Assembly: GCA_017453325.1 (NCBI GenBank)
Contig: JAFTKK010000040.1
Span: forward strand, 11,022 to 75,021
Length of the DNA: 64,000 bases
Reading direction: 5' to 3'
Origin: Clostridia bacterium
GTDB taxonomy: Bacteria; Bacillota; Clostridia; Oscillospirales; CAG-272
Shown here: positions 48,468 through 57,649 of the stretch, in pieces
Position numbering within the stretch: position 1 is the stretch's first letter
Layout: each line of letters starts with the position of its first letter
Notes under the pieces: generated by a model
Database searches by the model: none
The model's input: the letters and a program-made list of their open reading frames with translations, nothing else
What the model was told of the DNA's origin: nothing
Translations under genes and position numbers: made by a program

Positions 48468-49371
48468 CTGCCGCCTCCCAATCGGTGACGTCGTACGTAT
48501 ACAGAAATTGCCCCGAGGCGCGGGAAAGACCCACATATGCACCGAACACGCGTGCCTCGTGCAACAGACGCATACCGGGACGCGCGAGCAGCTCCCGAAT
48601 ACCTGCAGCGTGCGCCGTGGCAATCAGCGGCACGCCGCCCGTGTGTGCCGCGACGATCTCCTGTGCCTCCGATAGATCACCGATCTCGTCGCACACAATC
48701 ACCTCTGCCGAGAGCGTGCGCGTGGCAATCCCGATCCCGCGCCCGCGCGGATAACCCATTAAAACATCAAGCAAAAGCTCCGCGCCCTCGGTAAATGCAC
48801 CGAGCTCACCGCGCGTATCCACCACGGCCACGCGACGCGGGTGCGCGCCTCCCGCGAGACCCACCGCAACTCCGCGCAGCAGCGTGGTCTTCCCCACCCC
48901 GGGCGGCGCGTAAATTAAAATACCGCGCGTGTGGGAAAGCTCCTCAAACAAAGCACAGATCTCCCCGCCCACGGGGGGTGTTTTGTGCGGCAAACGGATG
49001 GAAAAAGAGGAGATGTGAGAAATGCCGGTGATCTTGCCGCCCACCACCGCAGCGTGGCCGCAAACACCGACACGCACACCGTTTGACAAAACGAGATACC
49101 CTTCACCAAGGGTCTCGCTGTGCGCATAAAGAGAACCGGTGCAAAGCTGCAGCAAAAGCGTTTCCATCTCCTCGCCGCCAAGCACCGTGGCAAGGCGCAG
49201 ATTTTCGCCGCCCACCGTCACCGATGCACACCGTCCGCGACGCAGCCGCAGCTCCTCGGGAAACATCCCGCCCGGCACCGTACGCTCCAGCTCCTCGAGA
49301 AGCCGCAGCGGCAGAAGCGCCGCGAGAAAGCGCGGCAGCAGCTCGCGCCGATCGACCACAATGCATTGCAT
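48454..49371 (-). CDS. spoIIIAA: Stage III sporulation protein AA (ATPase)
   Basis: EELRLR, SLYA, G.RVGVCG, PPGVGKTTLLR, VDTRGEL, CDEIG, ATAHA. Confidence 0.9.
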   Translation of the reverse strand: MQCIVVDRRELLPRFLAALLPLRLLEELERTVPGGMFPEELRLRRGRCASVTVGGENLRLATVLGGEEMETLLLQLCTGSLYAHSETLGEGYLVLSNGVRVGVCGHAAVVGGKITGISHISSFSIRLPHKTPPVGGEICALFEELSHTRGILIYAPPGVGKTTLLRGVAVGLAGGAHPRRVAVVDTRGELGAFTEGAELLLDVLMGYPRGRGIGIATRTLSAEVIVCDEIGDLSEAQEIVAAHTGGVPLIATAHAAGIRELLARPGMRLLHEARVFGAYVGLSRASGQFLYTYDVTDWEAADAFF

Positions 49372-49392
49372 ACCGCACCCCCCTTTGCTATT

Positions 49393-49421
49393 ACCTTATG
49401 TTGTGGGAAAGGCGTTTAGAA
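49393..49421 (-). promoter_or_regulatory. Sigma-E-type promoter of the spoIIIA operon
   Basis: Minus strand TTCTAAA-14 bp-CATAAGGT upstream of spoIIIAA. Confidence 0.65.
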
Positions 49422-49530
49422 CCAAACTTGTCCGCAGCAATCTGGTCTTATAAAAATATATCAATTTGGTTATTTCTTGCATATCAGTTTTGTGATACAA
49501 TAACAGCATCAACACAAAAGGAGCCTTGTT

Positions 49531-50376
49531 ATGGAACAGGATAAACGAGTTTTAACGGTGCAGGATATCTCTTGCGTAGGGCAATGCTCTCTGACGGTAG
49601 CACTTCCCATTATCTCGGCCTGCGGCATTGAGACCGCCATTCTCCCCTCGGCCGTGCTTTCCACGCACACGGGTGGCTTTTCGGGCTGGACCTTCCGAGA
49701 TCTGACTGACGACATTCCCGCCATTGTCGACCATTGGCAAAAGGAAAAGCTCTGCTTTGACGCCATTTACACGGGCTACCTCGGCAGCAAGCGTCAGATC
49801 GAGCTGGTGAAGGATATGTTTGCGCGTCTCGGCACGCCCGATGCTTTAAAGATCGTGGATCCTGCCATGGCCGACCACGGCAAGCTTTACTACGGCTTTG
49901 ACGAGGCCTTTGCACATGAGATGGCCACGCTGGTGGGGACGGCGGATATCGCCCTGCCCAACATTACCGAGGCGGCCATGATGACGGACACGCCCTACAT
50001 CGGCGAGGGCTATGACGAGAGCTATATCCGCACGCTGATGGACAAGGTGCTGGCGCTGGGCGCGAAAACGGTGGTGCTCACGGGTGTTTCCTACCGCGCG
50101 GGCGAGCTTGGCGTTGCGGTGCTGTCGCGCGGAGATGCAGAGATCTCCTATTATTTCCACGAAAAGCTGCAAAAGAGCTGCCACGGCACGGGCGATATTT
50201 TTGCCTCTGCCTTTGTAGGCGCTATCGTGCGCGGCCGCGACCCGCTTGCCGCAGCTACGGTGGCTGCCGATTTCACGCTGGCGGGTATGCGCATCACGCA
50301 AAAGGACGACACGCATTGGTACGGCACCAAGTTTGAAAGAGCGCTGCCGATGCTGGTAAATGAACTGAACAAGTAA
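49531..50376 (+). CDS. pdxK: Pyridoxal/pyridoxamine kinase
   Basis: QDISCVGQCS, LSTHTG, YTGYLGS, VDPAMAD.G, PNITEA, HGTGD. Confidence 0.88.
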   Translation: MEQDKRVLTVQDISCVGQCSLTVALPIISACGIETAILPSAVLSTHTGGFSGWTFRDLTDDIPAIVDHWQKEKLCFDAIYTGYLGSKRQIELVKDMFARLGTPDALKIVDPAMADHGKLYYGFDEAFAHEMATLVGTADIALPNITEAAMMTDTPYIGEGYDESYIRTLMDKVLALGAKTVVLTGVSYRAGELGVAVLSRGDAEISYYFHEKLQKSCHGTGDIFASAFVGAIVRGRDPLAAATVAADFTLAGMRITQKDDTHWYGTKFERALPMLVNELNK

Positions 50377-50378
50377 AG

Positions 50379-50491
50379 GCTTTGTGCGAAACAGCACACA
50401 AAGCACAAACGGAGCTGCGTCATTTGATGCAGAAGGCGTGATCTCGGCACGATAGGCGTATACACATACGTCGAGTGCCGAGAGCGCGCCT
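50379..50491 (+). other. Three-hairpin structured intergenic element of unknown class
   Basis: Stems at 50379-50404, 50415-50432 and 50434-50491; G-U wobbles form on the + strand. Confidence 0.45.
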
Positions 50492-50541
50492 AAAAAGCAC
50501 ATAAAAATTGAAATTCGCAAGAATTTCTACCTTAAAACAAA

Positions 50542-50583
50542 AAAGCCACTTTACTATCGATATTTGATAGCAAAAGCGGCTTT
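50542..50583 (-). terminator. Terminator for the DUF2974 gene
   Basis: Long stem whose mismatches become G-U pairs on the minus strand, followed by a T-tract. Confidence 0.65.
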
Positions 50584-50640
50584 ATTTTTTTATTTGTTTT
50601 GTGTGTTTTTGGTCTGCGCGAATGACGTAGCTCCATTTCA

Positions 50641-51759
50641 CTATGAAGATTTCTCACTTGCCTGCAACGGCGGTGCGTTGGTATTTTTCTTTGCCGCGCG
50701 GCGACCCTCGCCGAGCACGGCAAGCGTCTCGGTCAGCAGCACGCGCATGTCGTCGGGCATATCGGCATAAGCAGAAAGCATTTGCCGCCAGCGCTTGCCG
50801 CTGAGAACACCCGAAACGGTATCCTGCTCGCTTGCCTCCAGCACCGAAAAAAGTGCTTCGGAAAAACGGCGGCGGCGTTCGGGACTGGTGGTGTTGACAA
50901 AATGATCGACAATAGCCTCGGTGCGCTTGCCAAAGGCGGTACGCTCCTTGGTATAAACGAAATCGTTGCCTAAGACCTCCCAAGAATAGCCGTCGTGCTG
51001 CATGAGGCCCTTTTTGGCGCTTTTGACGATCTGATACTTGACGTCGTGCTCCAAAAGAACGGCTACGATGGAGGATTCGGGCAGATAGGTAAAGATGCGG
51101 TCACGCAGCTCAAGATAGGCCGCACTCGCGAGGGTACTGTCACAAAAGCCGGGACCGTCGTGATTATACACGGCGCGGATGCGGTGACGCAGGTGATCAC
51201 CCGCATTGACCGCCGCGTACATGGCAAGATTGCCGCCCTTGGAATGGCCACCCGTAAAAATGCGACGCAGGGGATACGCTGCTGCGACCTCGCGCAGATA
51301 CTGTACGGCCGCGAGCTGGGCGGGCACGGGGCACTCGTAGCTCATGCGGAAGTCCTCCTTCCAGCCGACGAGCGTATCGTCCGTGCCCTCAAAGGCAACG
51401 AAAATATTTTGCCCCGGCAGCAAAAAGGAAACGGCACCGAACTGCATGCCCTTTGCACGGTTGAGGATCTTTTTTGCCGCAAAGAGCCGCAATGAGGAAA
51501 AACGGCCCGTGTCGGCCAAGGTGCGCAAAAGCTGCTCGTGCTTGACGGGAAGCTCCCCTTTTGCCACGGTGGGACGCGCGAAATACGCCTTTGCAGCAGC
51601 GGCAAGACGCACGGGCTCAGCCGTGGGCGCCGGGGGCACGATGCCATCAAGATCAAGATAGGCGAGCATGGAAAAGATCAGCGCATCTACGGGGCAAAGC
51701 GAGGCGCTGCCGAACGAAAGATCGCCGCGCCAGGTAAGATAATCAGACAAATTGCTCAT
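50641..51759 (-). CDS. DUF2974/Mbeg1-like lipase-fold protein
   Basis: DYL.WRGDL.F, QF.A, GTDDTLVGWKEDF, GHSKGGNLA, DGPGF, QHD..SW. Confidence 0.88.
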   Translation of the reverse strand: MSNLSDYLTWRGDLSFGSASLCPVDALIFSMLAYLDLDGIVPPAPTAEPVRLAAAAKAYFARPTVAKGELPVKHEQLLRTLADTGRFSSLRLFAAKKILNRAKGMQFGAVSFLLPGQNIFVAFEGTDDTLVGWKEDFRMSYECPVPAQLAAVQYLREVAAAYPLRRIFTGGHSKGGNLAMYAAVNAGDHLRHRIRAVYNHDGPGFCDSTLASAAYLELRDRIFTYLPESSIVAVLLEHDVKYQIVKSAKKGLMQHDGYSWEVLGNDFVYTKERTAFGKRTEAIVDHFVNTTSPERRRRFSEALFSVLEASEQDTVSGVLSGKRWRQMLSAYADMPDDMRVLLTETLAVLGEGRRAAKKNTNAPPLQASEKSS

Positions 51760-51876
51760 AAACGCCCTCCTTTTCCGAGTATATGCGACGGCTTGCCGCC
51801 TGTTTCAACAATATTATGATAACAAAAAAGCGGCGGCCTGTCAAGGCAGGCCGCCCGCTTAAAAGGCAGGAATATA

Positions 51877-53850
51877 TTACCGCTTATGCCCGGCGACGGG
51901 CTTCTTTTTGCCGACGCGCGGACTGCTTTTGCCGCGTCCCTTGTCACCGCGCCCTACGGGGGCCTTGGGTGCCGCACTCGCCTTGGTGCGTCCCCTGTGC
52001 GATGCGGAGCTTCGCTTTTGGGGGGCGCCGTCGGTGCGGGGCGCTGCGCCCGCGGCGGGACGCACGAGGCAATGAGGTGCCGTGCCGATCAGATCCTCAC
52101 GGTGCGCTTTTTGCAGTGCCTCGCGCACGGCAGCGGCATTTTGCGGCCGATTGAATTGCAAGAGAGCGCGCTGCAGCTGCTTTTCACGGTAGTCACGCGG
52201 CACAAAAACGGGCTTCATCGTGAGGGGGTCGATGCCGGTATAAAACATGACGGTAGAGGCGGTGCCGGGGGTGGGATAATAATCCTGCACCTGCTCGGGC
52301 GCATAACGGTCGCGCTTCAGGCACTCGGCAAGCGCCACGGCATCGGAAAGCGTACTACCGGGATGACTCGACATGAGATAGGGCACCAGATACTGCTCCT
52401 TGCCCATCGATTTGGTCAGCTCAAAAAAGCGCTCGCGGAATTTTTGATACACGCCGAAGTGCGGCTTGCCCATGGCGTCAAGCACACCCGGGGCACAATG
52501 CTCGGGGGCGACCTTCAGCTGACCGCTGACATGATCGCGCACCAGCTTTTTGAAAAAGCGCTCATCGGGGTCGGCGAGCAGATAATCAAAGCGGATGCCC
52601 GAACGGATAAAGACCTTTTTGACACCCGGCAAGGCCTCAACGGTCTCCAGCAAGCGGATGTACTCGCTATGATCGACCTTTAAATTTTTACACGGTGTGG
52701 GGGCTAAGCACTTGCGATTGGTGCACACGCCGCTTTTCAGCTGCTTGTCACACGCAGGGGCGCGGAAATTGGCCGTAGGGCCGCCCACGTCGTGTATGTA
52801 ACCCTTGAAATCGGGCATGGCGATGATCTGCTTGCATTCCTCCACCACGCTTTCAATACTGCGCGAGCGCACCGTGCGCCCTTGGTGAAAGGCGAGCGCG
52901 CAGAAATTGCAGGCGCCGAAACAGCCGCGATTGTGCGTGACCGAGAAGCGCACCTCTTCTATGGCAGGCACACCGCCCAACTTTTCATACATGGGGTGAT
53001 AGGTGCGCGCATAGGGCAGCGCGTAAACGCGGTCAAGCTCCTCGCGCTCAAGGGGCGGCATGGGGGGATTTTGCACCAGCATCTTGTTGTCGTAATATTC
53101 CACCACGGCCTTGCCGCTGATGCTATCCTGATTGCGATATTGCACACCGAAGGCCTCGGCATAGCGGCGTTTATCGTTTTTGAGCTCGTTATAATCAAAG
53201 GCGGCCGCCACGGGATAGTGCACGGGCTCCTCGCGCGCGCAGAGATAGACCGTGCCGCGCACGTCGCGAATCTTTTTGACGGGCACGCCCTTATCAAGAA
53301 GCGCGGCAATGCGGAGCAGGATATTCTCGCCCATGCCGTAGGTCAGCAGGTCGGCGCGGGCATCGACCAGAACCGAACGGCGCACCTTATCATCCCAATA
53401 ATCGTAATGTGCGAAACGGCGCAGCGACGCCTCAAGACCGCCGAGAATAATCGGCACGTCGCCATAGGCCTCACGAATGCGATTGCAATAAACGATCACC
53501 GCGCGATCGGGGCGGTTGCCCATTTTGCCGCCGGGAGAATAATAATCATAGGAACGGCGTTTTTTGGCGGCGGTATAATGCGCCACCATGCTGTCGATAT
53601 TGCCCGACGTGACAAGAAATCCAAGACGGGGGCGGCCAAACTCACGAAACGCCTCGGCGCTTTTATAATCGGGCTGGGCGAGGATGGCCACACGATAGCC
53701 CGCTGCCGTGAGCACGCGCGAGATGATGGAAACACCAAAGGAGGGGTGATCGACATACGCATCCCCCGTAACATATACAAAATCGGGCACATCCCAGCCC
53801 CTCGCCGCCATATCTGCGCGGTTAACGGGCAAAAATTCCGCATTTTGCAT
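51877..53850 (-). CDS. ygiQ: YgiQ family radical SAM protein
   Basis: VTGDAYVDHPSFG, EASLRR.AHYDYW, RGCFGACNFC, DVGGPTAN, LKVAPEH, PYLMSSHPG. Confidence 0.92.
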   Translation of the reverse strand: MQNAEFLPVNRADMAARGWDVPDFVYVTGDAYVDHPSFGVSIISRVLTAAGYRVAILAQPDYKSAEAFREFGRPRLGFLVTSGNIDSMVAHYTAAKKRRSYDYYSPGGKMGNRPDRAVIVYCNRIREAYGDVPIILGGLEASLRRFAHYDYWDDKVRRSVLVDARADLLTYGMGENILLRIAALLDKGVPVKKIRDVRGTVYLCAREEPVHYPVAAAFDYNELKNDKRRYAEAFGVQYRNQDSISGKAVVEYYDNKMLVQNPPMPPLEREELDRVYALPYARTYHPMYEKLGGVPAIEEVRFSVTHNRGCFGACNFCALAFHQGRTVRSRSIESVVEECKQIIAMPDFKGYIHDVGGPTANFRAPACDKQLKSGVCTNRKCLAPTPCKNLKVDHSEYIRLLETVEALPGVKKVFIRSGIRFDYLLADPDERFFKKLVRDHVSGQLKVAPEHCAPGVLDAMGKPHFGVYQKFRERFFELTKSMGKEQYLVPYLMSSHPGSTLSDAVALAECLKRDRYAPEQVQDYYPTPGTASTVMFYTGIDPLTMKPVFVPRDYREKQLQRALLQFNRPQNAAAVREALQKAHREDLIGTAPHCLVRPAAGAAPRTDGAPQKRSSASHRGRTKASAAPKAPVGRGDKGRGKSSPRVGKKKPVAGHKR

Positions 53851-53949
53851 ACCGTTTCACCCCTTTCTGCTTTTCTTCCCTTTTATGATACAAAATTTTA
53901 CGGTCTTTGTCAAGTAAAAAGCGCAGAGTCATTGCTCTGCGCTTTTTAC

Positions 53950-56193
53950 TTATTGAGCGAAATGGTAAGTGCCGCCACCGACGGTCTCGGTATAGCCGCC
54001 GGGCAGCAGGACGGTAGCCTCGGTGCCTTGCGGCACGGTAAACTCATAATACACGGTCTCCCCCTTATAATACCAGTTGCTTTCAATTCTGCCGCACACG
54101 GTATCAAGCGCACAGTTGATATGTCCCAGTCGTTTGTCGGGGTGAGGGGCGAGGGTGAATTTCCGATAACCTGCTGCGCGCTCATCAAACGTGATGCCTG
54201 CGGCAACGCCGTAGATCCAATCGCACACCGAGCCGTAAGCATAGTGATTAAAGGAGTTCATGCTCGTGCTCCAGAAGCTGCCGTCCTCCTTTTGGCTGTT
54301 CCAATGCTCCCACATGGTGGTGGCACCGTGCGTGACCGAATAAAGCCAGGAGGGATTGCGCTCCTCAAAGAGCAAGCGGTAAGCAAGATCGGTGCGGCCT
54401 GCGGCCGTCAGCACATGGAGAATATAGGGTGTGCCCACGAAGCCCGTGGTCATGCGCCCGTCAAAGCCCTCGATCAGCTCGACCAGCTTGGAGACAAGCG
54501 CGGGGCGCTCTGTCTCGTCGCAAAGGCCGAAATGCAGGATCAGCACGAGGGCGGTTTGCGTCACGCCCCGACGGAACGGATCGCGCGGCTCGCCCTTATC
54601 GTTGAAGGAGGTGGCGGGAAATTGCTCCTTTGGCATGCCGTTTTCCATGAAATAATCACGGAAGGTGCGGCGCACGTTCTCGCGCAGGGTGCGATAGTCG
54701 GCTACATCCTCGCCTAACACCTCGCCCGCCTTGACGACAAGGTCGGCGGAGTGATAGAAAAAGGCGGAGGCGATGAGGTCGGTTGAGGTAGCGCCCATGT
54801 ACACGTCGGGACCCGCATCCATAGCGAGCCAGTCACCGTAGTGATAACCGCCGAGCCAGAGATATTCCTCCGCGCCCGCACTATGCTGGTAATCGACCCA
54901 GCGCTTCATGAGGTTAAAGTTCTCACAAAGGATCTGCTTGTCGCCGTAGGCGCAGTAGAGCTCCCACGGAATGACGGTGGCACAGTCGCCCCATGCGGCG
55001 GAAACGCGCGTGTACGCACCAACCACACCCGAGGGCACCACGCCAAGAACCGCGCCATCCTCACGCTGCTCGGCGCGCACGTCGGCCAGCCATTTTTCAA
55101 AAAATTTGCGCACATCGTAATTATAAGCGGCAGTGCGGCAGAAAACCTGGGCATCACCCGTCCAGCCAAGGCGCTCGTCACGCTGGGGGCAATCGGTGGG
55201 AAGATCAAGATAATTGCTCTTCTGACCCCAGACGGTATTGTGATAAAGCTGGTTGATCTTGGCATTGCCCGTGACAAGACGGCCCGTGCGCGCCATGTCG
55301 CTGTGCACGGCGATGGCGCGGAAGTCGCGCGGCTCTACCGCCTCGGCCGGGTAGCTGTCAAGGCGAACATAGCGGAAGCCCTGGAAGGAAAAGCGCGGCT
55401 TAAAGACGCGCGGCGTGCCATCCGAAACATAGATGATCTTGTTTTTTGCCGAGCGATAATTTTCGGTATAAAAATTACCCTCGCGATCCAGCACCTCGGC
55501 AAAGGAAAGCTCGATGCGGTCACCTGCCTTGCCACAGTAGGTCAGCTCCACGTAGCCCGTCATATTCTGCCCGAAATCGAGCACGCGCTCACCCTTCGGC
55601 GTGGTGAAAAGCGATACGGGTGCGAGGCGCTCGTGCTCGGTGATGTCCTCGCCCAGCTGCGGCACCAAGGGGAATTTTTCGCAGGTCGCGTCGGGGGTGG
55701 CGTTGCCAAGACGGGTGATGGGTGCGGTATAGTCAACGGTTTCGCCGTCGTAGATATCGGAAAAGAGGACGGGTGAGGTGAAAACCTCCCACGTGCCATC
55801 GGTCACCACGGTTTCGGCGGTGCCGTCGGCATAACAAAGCGACAGCTCGGCGGTGACGGCATAATGATCGTGATAGGTCTTGCCGGCAGCCTTCCAGCCC
55901 AGCTTTCCGACCGCCCAGCCGGGGGCGCCCGTGATCTCGATGCGCGCTTCCCCCGACATCATATCGGTGACGTCAAAGGTCATATACTGCAGGCGCTTGT
56001 CATATGCGGTATAGCCGGGCGTCAGCACGGCCTTTCCCACCTTTTTACCCCCAATACGGGCTTCAAAAAGGCCAATAGCCGAGACCGAAAGCGCGGCGCT
56101 TTCAAGCGGCTTTTTTAAAGAGACGGTTTTGGCAAACACACAGGAGGCGCTCCCCATCGGCACAGGGGCGGTGATCCAATTCTTGTTGTTCAT
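53950..56193 (-). CDS. Alpha-L-rhamnosidase (GH78)
   Basis: DFGQNMTG, GFRYV, PTDCPQRDERLGWTGD, YGDW, TGFVG, GATTMWE.W, SFNHY. Confidence 0.92.
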   Translation of the reverse strand: MNNKNWITAPVPMGSASCVFAKTVSLKKPLESAALSVSAIGLFEARIGGKKVGKAVLTPGYTAYDKRLQYMTFDVTDMMSGEARIEITGAPGWAVGKLGWKAAGKTYHDHYAVTAELSLCYADGTAETVVTDGTWEVFTSPVLFSDIYDGETVDYTAPITRLGNATPDATCEKFPLVPQLGEDITEHERLAPVSLFTTPKGERVLDFGQNMTGYVELTYCGKAGDRIELSFAEVLDREGNFYTENYRSAKNKIIYVSDGTPRVFKPRFSFQGFRYVRLDSYPAEAVEPRDFRAIAVHSDMARTGRLVTGNAKINQLYHNTVWGQKSNYLDLPTDCPQRDERLGWTGDAQVFCRTAAYNYDVRKFFEKWLADVRAEQREDGAVLGVVPSGVVGAYTRVSAAWGDCATVIPWELYCAYGDKQILCENFNLMKRWVDYQHSAGAEEYLWLGGYHYGDWLAMDAGPDVYMGATSTDLIASAFFYHSADLVVKAGEVLGEDVADYRTLRENVRRTFRDYFMENGMPKEQFPATSFNDKGEPRDPFRRGVTQTALVLILHFGLCDETERPALVSKLVELIEGFDGRMTTGFVGTPYILHVLTAAGRTDLAYRLLFEERNPSWLYSVTHGATTMWEHWNSQKEDGSFWSTSMNSFNHYAYGSVCDWIYGVAAGITFDERAAGYRKFTLAPHPDKRLGHINCALDTVCGRIESNWYYKGETVYYEFTVPQGTEATVLLPGGYTETVGGGTYHFAQ

Positions 56194-56387
56194 TCTCGTT
56201 CTCATTCTCCTTTCATGCGGAAGGCACACCGAGGCGTACTGATTTCATCATATCAAAAAATTCGCCGTTGTCAAGCGCAGGTGAAAAAAAGGCGCAAATC
56301 GGAATAAGTAAAAGGGTAGCCGTAAAGGAATCGAACTGCCGCCTTGATGAAATACAACAAACGTATTTTTCTGTGACGCAAAAGATT

Positions 56388-56657
56388 TTATTTTCCAAAA
56401 TTCCCCGCGTCCAAGAGAAATGAAACACCAAATTCGCACCCTGTGAAAAACGCCTTCTTTACAAAAAGTGCCTCCATATCGTACAATGCCTCAACATATT
56501 TTTCCACCGCCTGCTCTTGTTCTTTATTAAGCAAAGCACTTGCTTTTTCGTGTAGCTCTGCGGCCTTTTTTGTCAGCTTTCGCTCTTCATCCGTATCAAT
56601 TGCGGCGCATTCGCCCGACAAATAGTCATTCCATAGCTTTGCAAGTGTTTCTTTCAT
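56388..56657 (-). CDS. Small helical protein resembling DUF6809, module 2
   Basis: 89 aa; MKETLAKLW...EKASALLNKEQ...KAFFTGCEFGVSFLL, same pattern as 12821..13093; RBS gggagg. Confidence 0.7.
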   Translation of the reverse strand: MKETLAKLWNDYLSGECAAIDTDEERKLTKKAAELHEKASALLNKEQEQAVEKYVEALYDMEALFVKKAFFTGCEFGVSFLLDAGNFGK

Positions 56658-56673
56658 TTTCTTCCTCCCTCAA

Positions 56674-56752
56674 TAGTCCAAAAGCGAACTAAATATAGTA
56701 TAGTTCAGATGCGAACTAAAGTCAACCCTTTTTAGTTTATTTGTGCTATAAT
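56674..56752. promoter_or_regulatory. Divergent promoters with TAGTTC-N6-GAACTA operators
   Basis: TAGTCC-aaaagc-GAACTA 56674-56691; TAGTTC-agatgc-GAACTA 56701-56718; minus strand TTGACT (56720-56725)-17-TATACT (56697-56702); + strand extended -10 TGcTATAAT 56744-56752. Confidence 0.8.
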
Positions 56753-56778
56753 TTTTAAAAAAGCACAGGGTGATAAAA

Positions 56779-56997
56779 ATGGATGTATATCAAAGGCTAA
56801 AAAACCTAAGGGAAGACGCTGATAAAAGTCAGGAAGAAATTGCAAAAATCATAGGTACCAGTCAATCTTATTACGCCCAGTATGAAAACGGAAAAAGAGC
56901 CATTCCGTTTGAGCGCATGGTCGCTTTGGCAAGATATTACAATGTTTCTCTTGACTATCTGGCAGGATTTATCGACACACCGAAAAAGCTTAAATAG
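56779..56997 (+). CDS. XRE/Cro-CI family HTH repressor (72 aa), module 2
   Basis: RLKNLREDADKSQEEIAKIIGTSQSYYAQYENGKR...LARYYNVSLDYLAG. Confidence 0.9.
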   Translation: MDVYQRLKNLREDADKSQEEIAKIIGTSQSYYAQYENGKRAIPFERMVALARYYNVSLDYLAGFIDTPKKLK

Positions 56998-57002
56998 CTA
57001 AC

Positions 57003-57048
57003 AATAAAAAAGGACGAAGAATTTTTACATTCTTCGTCCTTTTTTATT
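57003..57048. terminator. Bidirectional terminator at the right edge of XRE module 2
   Basis: aataaaaaaggacgaagaat-ttttac-attcttcgtccttttttatt. Confidence 0.8.
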
Positions 57049-57144
57049 ATTGATATGATCAAAGACAGCAATCTTGTCAAAAGCCTATTCGCTTACCTTT
57101 CGGCAATAAAGCCCCTGTAGTGCAAGACGGATTATGACCCTTCG

Positions 57145-57642
57145 TTATTTTCGCTCAGATGCGGCGCGAAAGGTCTCAAGCAAGCGTGCGTCATGCGCGA
57201 GCAGCAGCTCGCACACCCCGTCGCCGTTGCTGAGCGAGACCACGAGCCCCTTGGCGGGAGCAAGATCGGGATGGTAGTTATAGCGACGCAGGCCGTGCGG
57301 TGCACGGCGGTTGGCATCACTAAGCTCCGCCACCGCGGTGATCTCGTCAAGCCCCACGCGGCAAACGAGCTGCATACGCGCCCCACCGCGATAGGTAAAG
57401 ACCTCAAAATCAACGCCGCCGTCCTCACGCGCGGTAAGGCGATACAGATGCTGCAAAATGAGATAGCGCGCCGTGAGCTGAATGACGGGCAGAAGCAGGC
57501 AAAGCCCGACACATTGCAAAGCGGCGGGAAATTTTGGCACAAGGGACGCCGCCGCAAAGGAGGCCATGGCTGCAAAAAAGCAGCAGAACACCGTGATCTT
57601 TGCCTTGGCATTGGTGCGGTTTGGTCTTGTTTCGTACATCAT
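57145..57642 (-). CDS. Hypothetical membrane protein (2 TM)
   Basis: RBS aaggag; two hydrophobic helices followed by a soluble beta-rich region. Confidence 0.65.
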   Translation of the reverse strand: MMYETRPNRTNAKAKITVFCCFFAAMASFAAASLVPKFPAALQCVGLCLLLPVIQLTARYLILQHLYRLTAREDGGVDFEVFTYRGGARMQLVCRVGLDEITAVAELSDANRRAPHGLRRYNYHPDLAPAKGLVVSLSNGDGVCELLLAHDARLLETFRAASERK

Positions 57643-57649
57643 ATGCTCC

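Noticed and set aside
1825-54717. Long antisense ORFs (e.g. 1825..3357+, 7342..8946-, 16694..18517+, 26263..27753+, 38148..39620+, 52792..54717+)
   Set aside because: They mirror well-supported genes on the opposite strand, show no recognisable motifs, and are expected from high-GC codon bias.
12452-57048. Prophage or ICE bounded by the two XRE modules
   Set aside because: The intervening DNA is housekeeping and sporulation genes; no integrase, structural, relaxase or conjugation genes are present.
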